64,000 nt of DNA from NCBI GenBank assembly GCA_951406725.2, contig OX597818.1:18600001-18664000 (forward strand). The letters run 5' to 3'. Of the stretch, positions 41,207-54,482 are shown piece by piece. Each line of letters opens with the position of its first letter. Within the stretch, counting starts at the first letter, position 1. This DNA is from Octopus vulgaris (lineage: Eukaryota). The notes beneath the pieces were generated by a model, which saw nothing but the letters and a program-made list of their open reading frames with translations, was not told where the DNA came from and made no database searches. Made by a program: the position numbers and the translations under genes.

Positions 41207-41755
41207 GATGCAGTACCAGGCAGTGGCTCTCATGGCTTCTGATCTTAACTGGTTGGAAGTGTTATCATGTACATTGTTTTGTCTTGGTATAAAAGATGGG
41301 CTACAGCAAATATTCTGCTCAATACCACAGATTTGCTTGTTAGTTGTTTGACCTTAACCAGTTGAGCATGTCCCTTAGTGGCTGACGATATGTGCATCTC
41401 TGATCACGAGCAGAAGTAGTGGGGGAGCATCATAGCCATGTGTTGAGAGGGATTCTTTGTGGTTTGAATAATTCACCTCTGGAAACATGGGTGGTTCTTT
41501 CAACATCCTTAAACAACCCTTATTCAGAGACCTTTTGAGCGGGATGGGCTACTCAACCTGAAGAAAATTCTAACTGGGCCCCACCTGCAAGGTCATGTGT
41601 TGTTTATCTTGATATGAGATCACCATGTCGCGCACATATGGTTGTGATGCATGTGCCTGGTGTACCTTTATCAGACGGGTAGTCATGATGGGTATATTGG
41701 GCTTCGTATATTTTACCCCAGTGTCACTTTGATGGCATGCACTGCTCTCTCACTC
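41205..41755 (+). mobile_element. Longest copy of the (TAA)n-inserted non-coding retroposon
   Basis: 551 bp between pure (TAA)n tracts; 3' 340 bp shared with the 8078 and 34934 copies. Confidence 0.9.
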
Positions 41756-41757
41756 AA

Positions 41758-41799
<42 letters not shown>

Positions 41800-42647
41800 C
41801 AGCAACAAGAACAACAGCAGCAGTAGAAATGTCAGACTCTTTAAAATCACCTGGATAATGTTACAGTGCGTCAAATTTATACTAAAGGTAATGTGAGTTG
41901 TTAATTTTGTATTTCTGGAAAAGATTAATGTGATATTTTCAAGCAGGATTAACACTTAATACTCATTGTGATGTAATGATTTTTGTCGCTATTAATTGAA
42001 ATTGCTGTAGAAGTATTTTACAACGCCAAACACTTGCACGATGTATAGCTTTGTGTAATACTGTTAAAAGCTTCAATCCAATCAAGGGGATATTTTTTCC
42101 TTTACGTGCGTATATCTCATAGCCAATGTTTTATTTATTTGTTAAATAAAGATAAGATCTCTTATTTCATTCCCATAATCACTTGAAATCAGTAACTTTA
42201 AATTAAGACATGAGATTTGTAAAGGTTCATCGGAAAATAATTAATAATTATTATGTACGTTTTACTGTACTAAGAAGCATTAAATAATCTGAAAATAATC
42301 CTTTTTCACCAAGTTGTCCAGATTTATAAACGGAGCAATAAATTATTATAAATAAGAGCTATAATGCATTCGATCAACTTTGAGAAAAGACTCGTGCGTG
42401 CGAGTTGTGATGAATATTGAGTAAGAGTTTTGTGAAGATTTTGCATCTTTAATAAAAGCATAGTACTCTACCTTAGGTATTCGAGCACTTTTATTTCCAC
42501 CTTGCTTTGCGTTTATGTTCTTACTTGTGTGTGTATATATATCAAACACACACATACACACACACGCACATAGATAGTATCACACACACTCATACTACTT
42601 ACACAAACACAAATATACATGCACACAAATACTACCAGACATACACT

Positions 42648-42686
<39 letters not shown>

Positions 42687-42794
42687 GTATATACTCACAC
42701 ACATATATAGACATGCATTCATATATACATATAAACATACGTACATACATATAAATATGTGGGTATAGTAAATATATATATATATATATATATA

Positions 42795-42980
42795 TCGCCA
42801 TGATAGATCGTTAGCCACTACACACATTTTTTTCTCTCCTTGTTTTTTTCTGTGTTCCTTTCTGTAGAAGAGCGTAGGCTCGAAACGTAATAGACTGTTT
42901 CTGTTCCTGAGCGTTATACTAATACATCTGTTTTGTACATCACGTGGCTTCATCTTTTGTTTTTTTCGTAAACTCTCCCT
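42795..42980 (+). mobile_element. Short pLTR/retrozyme-like insert in (TA)n with minimal hammerhead motif (42858-42893)
   Basis: cttt-CTGTAGA-A-gagc-gtag-gctc-GAAA-c-GTA-atag; homologous to 17015-17230. Confidence 0.72.
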
Positions 42981-42983
42981 ATA

Positions 42984-43076
<93 letters not shown>

Positions 43077-43249
43077 CTCCTTAATCCTTAAAAATGTTTC
43101 AGCCCGAAGGCCGCGGCTATGCTGGGGCACCATCGCTGAATGCGCTACACTACTATGTATATAATTCTTTTGTTCTTTTCCTTGTTATATAACAATCTTT
43201 TATATATAATCTATATAACCTTTTATATAATACATATAATATTTTATTC

Positions 43250-43443
43250 TTCTATTCTTTTACCTGTTTCAGTCATTTTACTGTGGCCATACTGGAGCCC
43301 CGCATTCAGTCGAACAAATCAACCCCAGGACTTATTCTATCGGTTATTTTACCGAACCGCTAAGTTACGGGGACGTAAACATACCAACATGGAATTTCAA
43401 GCGATGATGCGATGATGAGGTGACAAATACAGACAGAGGAACA

Positions 43444-43490
<47 letters not shown>
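43250..43490 (-). mobile_element. SINE family B 3' half
   Basis: ctgtttcagtcattttactgtggccatactggagc...gaaccgctaagttacggggacgtaaac. Confidence 0.85.
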
Positions 43491-43537
<47 letters not shown>

Positions 43538-43959
43538 TAAATTTGTTGAAAATGCACCTGAATTTGGAAAACTTGTAATTGTTTAAAATACATTTATTTA
43601 CATATATACCAAACCAATTTCAACAATATTTTTTGTCTTTCAATCGTAAAAGTTTAAAATTATTAATTAGAAAAACAATTAAGATGTTTCGATGTTAATA
43701 AATTAAAATGTTCATAACACACAAATTTAGAATGATGATCTAAGAGGACAGGTACAGGAAATTCAATGTTGACGAGTTTAAATGTTCATAGCAGTCAATA
43801 ATATTAAAACTGTACATCAATTTGTTTGAATGTACAAACCTCATTAATGTTAGTAGTGATTGACAAGAAATGGATATCATCAAAGTTTTAGTCATACTGA
43901 ATTAAAAGGGAAAAACAAGGGAGAAATGAAGATAGTAAAAAGAGGGAATTTGGTCTAGA

Positions 43960-44325
43960 GTTTCTGATCTTCTTTCCGTAGGAGCTTTCGCTTGTAGCGA
44001 TATTTTTTGGAATCGAGTGTATTGATAGAGAGGGAAGATTTGGTATTTCGGGTTTATGCATACGGGGCCTTGCTCTAGGTGCTTGCTTACGGGAATTTTC
44101 CCAGTCGTGGAGGCCCAGATTTGTTGCCTGTGCACCGTAGGTCTATCCCTCATAGTTAAGCTAGTTTGACCTATATAGTCCCCACAATAGTCTCCACATA
44201 TGAGAACATATATTAAGTTCTTCGTGGCACAGGTGAAGTGATTTTTTATGGTAAAAGTTTGACTGTCTCCCTGCAAGAGGAAAATATATCTGTCGGTAAA
44301 CGTTACAGAGAAAAGTGAACTCCTA
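43960..44325 (-). pseudogene. Penelope-like GIY-YIG remnant
   Basis: FTIKNHFTCATKNLIYVLICGDYCGDYIGQTSLTMRDRPTVHRQQI...PVSKHL...YQIFPLYQ. Confidence 0.85.
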
Positions 44326-44329
44326 TCGT

Positions 44330-44578
44330 GATGGAGCACCGCCTTTAGTCGAACAAATCGACCTCAGGACTTATTCTATCGGTCTGTTTTGCCGAACCGC
44401 TGTTACAGGGACATAAACACACCAACACCGGTTGTCGAGCGATGGTGGGATGATACACAATACAGACACACAAACATATACAAACATATACAAACATATA
44501 CAAACATAATCCCAGGTAAATCCAAGACACACAGACGGACACACAGACACACAGACACACACACACACACACACACAC
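44330..44578 (-). mobile_element. SINE family B 3' half
   Basis: tggagcaccgcctttagtcgaacaaatcgacc...caccaacaccggttgtcgagcgatgg. Confidence 0.85.
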
Positions 44579-44777
44579 CTTGTCACTGATTACAGAATAC
44601 GCAGTGTATGGGGATATTGATCAACATATTGAAACATCGATCCAATACCTAAGAGATCACAGAAACAGTTGTAAGACATTATTTACTCCTACTTGTCACT
44701 ACTCTCATTCACTTTTACGTTAAGATCTTCAATATGATCTGATAAGCCTGTCCTGACTTGTCCTTACTTTTTCTTTA

Positions 44778-44815
<38 letters not shown>

Positions 44816-44939
44816 ATAGACACACGCGCGCACACGCACACATATGAATGTATATTGATAGATACACAAGTGTATATTGTATATATCTATATATATATAT
44901 ATATTTCTTTACTACCCACGAGGGGCTAAACACAGAGGG

Positions 44940-44993
<54 letters not shown>

Positions 44994-45530
44994 TGTGTGT
45001 GTGTGTGTGTTTGTATATATATATATAGAAATGCATATATGTATCTATGCATATACATGCATATATAAATGTATAAATTAATCTGCTATGTAGGGACGTA
45101 TATGTATGCTTGTAAGCATGTGTGTATGCATTTATATACGTGTGTATGTATGCATGTATGTATGTATGTGTGTGTGTGTATGCATGTATGTATGTATGTA
45201 TGTATGTATGTATGTATGTATGTATGTATGTATGTATGTGTGTATGTGTGTATGTACAACTTGTACGGTTCCTGAGCTCGGGTGGTTTTTATACTCGTTA
45301 CTAATATTACTTTGATGACGTTGATAGTATATTTCCCATGTGACAAAGCTGTAGCGTTCTAAACGACATTGGAGGGCACAGAATCTGGATATTACACACA
45401 CACACACACACATGCACATGCACACACATGCACACACGCAGACATGCACACTCACACACAAACGCACGTGCACAGACACACACACAGACGTGAACAAACA
45501 CACACACATACGGGCGCACACACAAACACG

Positions 45531-45637
45531 TAAGTCATACATACACTATGTTAAACAGATAAAAGCATGTATACGCATATGCATTCATAGAGACATAAAT
45601 ACATACTATATACTATATACATATATACATACGTAAA

Positions 45638-45695
<58 letters not shown>

Positions 45696-46164
45696 TGTGC
45701 GTTTCCATATTTGTTCACACCCAGTAATTACACAGTTATCTAAGCAGAACGAAAAACACACGTGGGATCTCCAAGCTGTTTATTTAACTAAACACACTAA
45801 CAGCATTATTGCTGCGAACTGTAATCTACCATGTAGAATCGAACATACGCACACGCAAGGACACATACACGCGTACACATAAGTACAAGTATACACCAAA
45901 TACCCATGTCAGGTGAGGCAGTCTACAGGTCATCCTGGAAGGCCAATTTCCAACGCCAACAATACTTAACTCTGTTGACTATCAAACTGGTTGTGTTTAG
46001 TTTACTAATCGTTTGTTTGTCGTGCGGATCGGGAATCTTAAGTACATTTACATTTAAGTCATACATACACTATGTTACACAGATAAAAGCACGTATACAC
46101 ATATGCATTCATAGAGACATAAATACATACTATATAATATATGCATATATACATACGTAAATGC

Positions 46165-46195
<31 letters not shown>

Positions 46196-46200
46196 TATAT
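45531..46200. repeat. Direct duplication of about 110 bp plus (TA)n (45531 and 46055)
   Basis: taagtcatacatacactatgtta.acagataaaagca.gtatac.catatgcattcatagagacataaat... occurs twice, 524 bp apart. Confidence 0.9.
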
Positions 46201-46534
46201 AATTGCAGCGTGGAAGGTGTTTGTAAGCCATTTAAGAAACACACAAAAGCCGTTCGATTCACTTCAACATTTAAGTTTAATTTGTCAAAATATTTTCGTC
46301 GCTAAAATCCGCGACCTGTTCACTGACAAAAATCCGTGCAGCACGGATTTTTGTCAGTGAACAGGTCGCGGATTTTAGCGACGAAAATATTTTGACAAAT
46401 TAAACTTAAATGTTGAAGTGAATCGAACGGCTTTTGTGTGTTTCTTAAATGGCTTACAAACACCTTCCACGCTGCAATTGTTTTCGTTTCAGCACACGAT
46501 CTCAGATCAAATGACTTGCTATGCGAGTACATCT

Positions 46535-46537
<3 letters not shown>
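46201..46537. mobile_element. Foldback element: perfect 279-bp palindrome plus tail, each arm carrying a variant hammerhead motif
   Basis: Arms 46201-46339 and 46341-46479 with a 1-nt centre; hammerhead topology at 46350-46399 (+) and 46281-46330 (-). Confidence 0.92.
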
Positions 46538-46585
<48 letters not shown>

Positions 46586-46635
46586 AATACACAAACACTC
46601 ATATATATACATACGCACATGCACTCACACACAAA

Positions 46636-46702
<67 letters not shown>

Positions 46703-46717
46703 CAAACTCACAGATAC

Positions 46718-47270
46718 ACAAAGTGTCGTCTAAATTAAGCAGAAATGAAAATAACACGGACATCTCATTTTAACAGATATATTTACCAAAATAACATAAA
46801 AATGTCTTGCAATAGTTAAGAGTAAATTTATTCCATAAAATCACCATTGGCTTCAACCACAGCCCTGCAGACGATTTTTCAGAATCTCCTGCAACTCTTT
46901 TGGACAGTCTCCTTGTTTCAGTAGGTGAATGCGATATTAAGAATTGCCTTCAGTTCATCTTTGGTGTTACAAGGAGTTTTTGGGTCTCTCGCTCAATTGC
47001 GCCCCACACATAATAACCAAGGCGGTTGCATTCTGGAGAGTTAGGTGACCAGATTTTAGGGGTAATGTGGTACTCATGCTTGTGTGGCATGATGCAAAGT
47101 CCTGTTACCAGACACAGGGTCTTCCAGCAGGCATCCTCTTGACCCAGAGCAGCACTACTTCCTCCAGGCACTTGATGTAGGCCCCCGTGTTGAGTCTGGG
47201 GCCGTGTGGGAAGATGAATGGAGGCATAACAATGCCACCATCAGTGATCACTCCAATCACCATGTACTCA
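46718..47270 (-). mobile_element. Tc1/mariner-superfamily (maT-like) transposon 3' fragment
   Basis: HITPKIWSPNSPECNRLGYYVWGAIERET; terminus-like cacaaagtgtcgtctaaattaag. Confidence 0.75.
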
Positions 47271-47465
47271 GATTACACTGTTCACAGATTGACATTCAAA
47301 CTCACTGATATGTTTCTATTGATGCTTCCAGCGCAAATGCCAAGCAATTACAGCATTTCCAAATTTTTGGCTGAGTGAATTGCGTCATGGTGCTGTTTTT
47401 TTCTTACATACACACACACACACACACATAGATATATACATACATATACACATATATATATGTAA

Positions 47466-47500
<35 letters not shown>

Positions 47501-47514
47501 TATGTATATATATA

Positions 47515-47684
47515 TAGTCATACGATATAGTTTATATTTAAACACATAAGGTATCCACTTATAGGGAATTCAATTTTATCCGTTATTTTTGTGGTTTACA
47601 GAACCTAGCTGTTCTCTCTAGCGTGTTGAATTCCCTGTAAGTGGATTCCTTATGTGTTTAAATATACACTATATCGTATGACTA
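47515..47684. repeat. 59-bp inverted repeat with 52-nt spacer
   Basis: tagtcatacgatatagt...tagggaattcaa / ttgaattccctgtaag...atcgtatgacta. Confidence 0.9.
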
Positions 47685-47825
47685 ATATATAGTTCTCTCA
47701 ACTAATTTTTTTTGCACGTTAGACCACTGGAAATGTAAATTTTGATTGAATGTTTTAATTTTAATTAAATTCCATTTCCCTTTGACATGATTATATATTT
47801 ATATTTATATATATATTTATATATA

Positions 47826-47955
47826 CAGGGTGTCCCAAGAAAATGTATACACACCTTAAATAATTGTAAATTTGTTATTCTTTGTAAGCCTAGTACTTAT
47901 TCTATCGTTCTCTTTTGCCGAACCACTATGTGTATACATTTTTTGGGACACCCTG
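47826..47955. mobile_element. 130-bp Tc1/mariner-type MITE with a captured SINE fragment
   Basis: 27-28-bp TIRs cagggtgtcccaa(g)aaaatgtatacaca, TA on both sides; 47875-47928 matches SINE B (minus). Confidence 0.88.
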
Positions 47956-48000
<45 letters not shown>

Positions 48001-49234
48001 CTGTGTGTGTATACGCATACACCCCGCACGCACTGTCACACACATAAATCTACAGATTATATCGTAAGTGATGTAGCATTTGAATGGACTGCTATAGTTA
48101 CGCTGAAAAGTTGATCATATGTCCATTACTTGAAGTTTCTCACCGGAGAGGCGTTCAACAGATAACATATTAACAAAGGATATTTTCAATAAATGGTGCT
48201 CAGCTGTAACCGAGACATCCAGCTTGCAAATAATCTATTCAACGTAGCTTCGAGGTGTGGGTCTGCTATACGGGACGAATGACACTTGCCAGACTGAAAT
48301 ATTCTGGATAAATAAAATATGAATAAAAAGAAAAAGCGACGTCCTTTATGGTATCTCGTGTCGTTTGGTTTTTGTCATTTACCTCAAACACACACAACCA
48401 TATGTGATCGTGTCTATCTTTATGCTTCACCGATGTTGCATCTATGTTATTCCCCTTTTTCGTCCCCTAAACAATCGGTTCGACAAGAAGAGTGCTATTA
48501 AATAAGTAGCATATTTAAATACTGGTGTCGTAATGGCCAACTAAACCCACGAATACAAAAAGGCAGGACTTCATTACGGCTGAAACAAGTTACAGCATAT
48601 AATATCTGAGTGGTTGAGTTATTCTCATATATCTCAGTGTGATATTTTATTATTTTCAGTGAAATTTGTTAGATAGAAACTAAATTTGTATCTACATTGT
48701 TTTATTTTGATGGTATATATATATATATATAACAATAGAAATAAGAGGAAATGCATTAGCAATTGACAAATAACAAATAAAATAACTACGCGTACAGATC
48801 TCGTGATACATGGTCTTTTATTTTCATTTCGAGGTCATGAGGTAAAATCTGTGTCGCTTACTTTGCAGGCTGAAAACAGAGAAACCGTCATGCTCTTTAG
48901 TTAAACTACAGTTGACATATTTCATGAAGCGATCATTGAAATGCTAACTATAAAATAACTATACAATGAGAAAAACTTGCTACTAATTAATGACTAATAT
49001 CGTTTTAATGATTTCAGCAAGTTCGGTTCACAATTAAAGGCACGTTTCGATTTCTTAGAATTTCCCAGCAAAACCTTAATTAGGGTCCATGTAGTGTCAT
49101 GGGCAAAAAAAAAAATGTTTAACTTCTTGCCTAGAGCGAGCCCACAGAAATATCATATCTTCTCCACTATTTCAGTATTACGTGTTAAAAGTGAAACAAA
49201 AACATCTCTCTATTGTATGTATATGGATATATAT

Positions 49235-49283
<49 letters not shown>

Positions 49284-49287
49284 ACAT

Positions 49288-49329
49288 ACTAGCATTAAAG
49301 ACCCATCGTTGCCGGGTCATAGTGCTAGT
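49288..49329. mobile_element. Helitron-type terminal hairpin
   Basis: actagca...gaccc-atcgttgcc-gggtc...tgctagt, CTAG on both strands. Confidence 0.5.
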
Positions 49330-50281
49330 ATTGTATATTTACTTAGTGATTATTCATGACTACCGAGGTAAATATGACAATATCTATGTAATATCCAAGT
49401 CATAGTCATTGACTAATAAGAATATTTTCCTAATAGTTTTAAATAATCATTGCATTTTAAACGTTTAACTTCAAATAATTAAAGAGAGTGAGAGCGACAA
49501 TCTTACAACGTACTGAGCAGGCGACACACATTCTAACGCATAACCCAAGTGAAAGAGTTGTTGTTATATAACAAGATTAGAATTCAAAGTTAGAGTAATT
49601 ATTGTATTTGTTGGTGCCCTCTCATCACTACTTCAGTGAGCACGAGGAGCTCTTTAATTCGATAAAGATGTTTAAAATGACCAGAACATATAAGTAGCTT
49701 TCTATAAGTACCAAAATAATTAAAATGTGGCTCATTCAAAAAATTTGTATTCTTCAATTCGTAATTATATCTAAATAGTATTCTGACGCTCATAAAATTC
49801 AATATGTTGGCACTTACTTAACTATTATTTTCCATGAAGAAGGCATTTGTAAGTACTTTACTGTTATATGTTCCGATAAACATTACAATTATTTCTTCTC
49901 ACTTGCAACACACACATCCTGTCATATTATACTCACGTTTATCATTTTATTATTTTACATTTCTGTCCATTTTCTTCATATAAACATTCTATTTTTACAC
50001 ACACACACACATACACATGAACGCACAACCACTACATATATACGGACAAACATTCCCATACACACAAGTACACACACACAAACACGGAGACGTGTACATG
50101 TCGCGGAAACTCGCACATCAGCGCATTGATTCCAACGTGTGTCAGTATGCATGTTTGTATGTACGTATGTATGTATGCATTTATGTATGTATGTATGTAT
50201 GTATGTATGTATGTATGTATGTATGTACGTGTATATATACATATAAATATACATACACACATATATATTTATATTTGTATT

Positions 50282-50372
<91 letters not shown>

Positions 50373-50641
50373 GTCTATCTAGCTAGCTAGCTATCTATCG
50401 ATCGATCGATCGATCGATCTACCTGTCTATTACTGTAACTCGGAAACGCAAGTATCACACCACTGCAATCTTGCAATTTTAAGGTGAACTGTCAAGATTT
50501 TCTCCTGAATATCGCAATGACGTGAAACTCAAGTTGCAAGATAACCATTCGGCTTTAGTTCTAACAAAACAAGATATATTGTCTGCAATATGCATTCAGC
50601 ACTCATTTGTCCTTCACTGGACATCAATCAACGTACACACA

Positions 50642-50725
<84 letters not shown>

Positions 50726-50765
50726 CACACGCACACACACGCACACGCACATACACACACATACA

Positions 50766-50838
<73 letters not shown>

Positions 50839-51175
50839 TTCAATTAAATCACCAAAGAGTTTTAACACAGGATCTCCTAACGACTGTACATTTCATATAA
50901 TTAAGGCATGAAGGTATCCTTGGCTTGAAGAGTAGATTGTGTCAACCCCTCGTTTGGTTAACTTACTACTTCCGATAATTTACTACAACCAGCATTAAGA
51001 TATGTCTGATTGTTGATCTTCCCTCTCTGGCGCCGTTCTGGTTGTTCCTCAGCTTCTACTCCATCTCGGAATGGATCCTGTTAAGAATTATCCTGTTGAG
51101 AGGGTGATTATATATATACATAGATACGTACATACATATACATACATACATACATACATGAATACATACATGCAT

Positions 51176-51235
<60 letters not shown>

Positions 51236-51287
51236 ACACATATATGTTATTAAAATCAGAATAAGCAACTGCAATATCCAGAGGTAA

Positions 51288-51374
51288 TGCAGTACGATCG
51301 ATTCATGCAACTCCATTTAATTGAACAATGCAATCATTACATCAATTTGAAATGCAGAGCAATCTTCAACTGCA
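51288..51374 (-). ncRNA. Decayed hammerhead motif
   Basis: tgcag-TTGAAGA-long stem II-GAAT-cgatc-GTA-ctgca; two core substitutions. Confidence 0.55.
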
Positions 51375-51653
51375 CAAAGACATAGAATTTTATTAAATTA
51401 GAACAGATGGACACATTAGTATAATTATACCTAAAATATCCAAGAAGTTAAGGAAATAGACAAAGAACATGCTGTCTCACTCCAATATAGAATTTACTAA
51501 GTTTTGGATATCCTTGTAGCTTACTTTGATTTTAATCACCTTATGGCTCATACCGTACTAAATTCTGGCGCCTCAACTGAAGTAACATATTCATCTGAAT
51601 CTAAATTTTTGCTGACCGCATATACATATATATGTTTATAAATACATATGTAC

Positions 51654-51771
<118 letters not shown>

Positions 51772-51930
51772 TGTGTGTATGTATGTATGTATACATATAT
51801 ATATGATGAGTTTCTCTTCACTGTACATATATCTATATACATATAGGTATACAGAGAGAGAGAGAGAGGGGGAGAAAAGAAGAGAGAGAGAGAGAGGGAG
51901 AGAGAGGGAGAGAGAGGGAGAGAGAGGGAG

Positions 51931-51981
<51 letters not shown>

Positions 51982-52794
51982 GAGAGAGAGAGAGAGTGTG
52001 TGTGTGTGTGTGGGCACTCAAGGTAAGCTCTTCGACTTGACAGAAAGTGGGTAGTGTACTTTGTGATATATTTTTCTGATCAAATATTTTAATTAGTGCT
52101 TCTGTGTAAAAGGGTCAGATGTAAAATTTTGAAAAGAAATCAGGTGCCATATTTGTGCATTATAGAAACATATATATATATAGTACAGGATATATTTCAA
52201 CTCACCAAGAACATAGGTTAGCTTTTACAGAAAGTGCTTAATGAGAAATTGTAATTAGACGCGACAATTCAAGTAGGAAGGAAATTAAAAGGAAATAGAA
52301 CGGAATGACCTATATATATATATATTCATATATATATGTTTGTATATATGTGCGTATCTAAACACAAACACGCGCACGCGTGATACTTACATGCTTATGT
52401 GTGTGTGTATGTGTGTGTGTGTGTGTGTGTGGATATGTGTATATTGTTGTTTTTATATGTATGTGCACGTATGGCGGATAGACTAAGAAACTCATTGAGA
52501 GGAAAGAAACAAACATTCAAATATGTCGTGGGTAAATACCAAGAAAACTCGAAATGCAAACTCTCGCAAACACTCACACACACACACTCACACAAACATA
52601 GGCATACATATACACACACACTCACACACTCACACACTCACACACACACACACGTACACAAACATAGGCATACATACACAAACACAATCACACGCACGTT
52701 CACTCTCTCATACATACACATGTAGAAGCATCCATACTTATACACATGTATTTATTGACACATATTTCACAAATTTAAGTATCACAACGAAATA

Positions 52795-52917
52795 GAGCAT
52801 AGTTCCAGGTCCCGTCCTCTAGCATGGCACCATCGTTAAGTGTTTTCTACAATAGCCTAAGGCTGATAAAAGTCTTGTGGACGGATTTTGTTGACAGAAA
52901 CAGAAAGAAGCCCCTCG

Positions 52918-52951
<34 letters not shown>

Positions 52952-53330
52952 TGTATGTATGTATGTATGTATGCATGCATGCATGCATGTATGTATGTAT
53001 GTATGTATGTATGTATGTATGTATGTATGTATGTATGCATGCATGCATGCATGTATGTATGTATGTATGTATGTGTGTGTGTGCGCACGTGTCTGTGTGT
53101 ATGTGTGTGTGTATTTAGCTCTGTATTTGTCCACCACCACCACCACCGCTTGACATTCGGTGTTGGTGTGCTTACATTCCTGTAACTAACAGTTCAGCAA
53201 ACAACACCGATCAAATTAGTATCAGGCTTAAGAAAAAATAAATACTGGTGATGGTTCGTTCGACTGAAAATATTCAAGGCAATGCCCGAACATGTCCACA
53301 CATTAATAACTGGAATAAGTAAAAAACGTA
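52795..53330 (+). mobile_element. SINE family B with expanded internal (TATG/CATG)n
   Basis: gaaagaagcccctcgtata then microsatellite then caccgcttgacattcggtgttggtgtg. Confidence 0.85.
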
Positions 53331-53947
53331 TAAGGTTTAACGTATTCACACACATATATATATGTGTGTGTGTATGTGTGTGTGTTTGTATTATGTATGT
53401 ACATATAGCATGTATATTTACCAAGAATACTTGTAATGTGTCTGTGTATATATTCGTGCAGGAAGGTTTCATTTTTATATGATATTTATGCGTAAAATAG
53501 ATAGACTTATATATGCACATTGTATAGCGCAGCATTATTGTAAAAACGTGAAGCAGAAGAAAGATGAAGAGAGAGAAGAAAAACAATAAAGAAGAAAAAT
53601 ATCACTTAAGAAGATGATGATGATGAGGATGATGATGAAAATAAAATTAATAATAATAGTAATATTAGAAATAGTCATGAATATTTGATACTTGCAGAAA
53701 CATACATATACATCTATGTATGAGAGTATGTATGTCTGCGTGTATATAATTATATGTGTATGTGTGTGTGTGTTTATATATATACATGTATATACACATA
53801 TACATATATACATACTTATATGTGTCCACATACACATGTATATGTGTGTGTGTGTGTTTGTGTGTGCATATATACACATAGACACATACGCACATGTATA
53901 TATACCATCACACACATGCGCTTCCATTTTTGTACGTTTGCTTGTAC

Positions 53948-54006
<59 letters not shown>

Positions 54007-54016
54007 CATCTATCTG

Positions 54017-54090
<74 letters not shown>

Positions 54091-54433
54091 AATCTATCTA
54101 TCTATGAGCATGCCTATATATATGCACATTCAGATATTTTGTCTTCTACATATGAGTGTTTATGTATGCACGTATACATATATACAAACATACATACATA
54201 CATGCATACTTACATAGGTACATACATGCATGCATCCATCCATACATATGCATATAAACACACACACACACCCACATATATATATATATATATGAATATG
54301 TATGTATATCCATATTTATATAATATGCATACAACCATACTTATATAATAAGCGTACATTTGAAGGTGTATATATTTGAATTATATATGCGCACATACAT
54401 ACATTCATACTCACACATACACGCAAATATATA

Positions 54434-54482
<49 letters not shown>

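Noticed and set aside
41298-41420. HDV-like ribozyme fold (ggctac/gtggct as P1)
   Set aside because: L3, P1.1 and J4/2 do not fit the HDV consensus; kept only as an unspecified structure.
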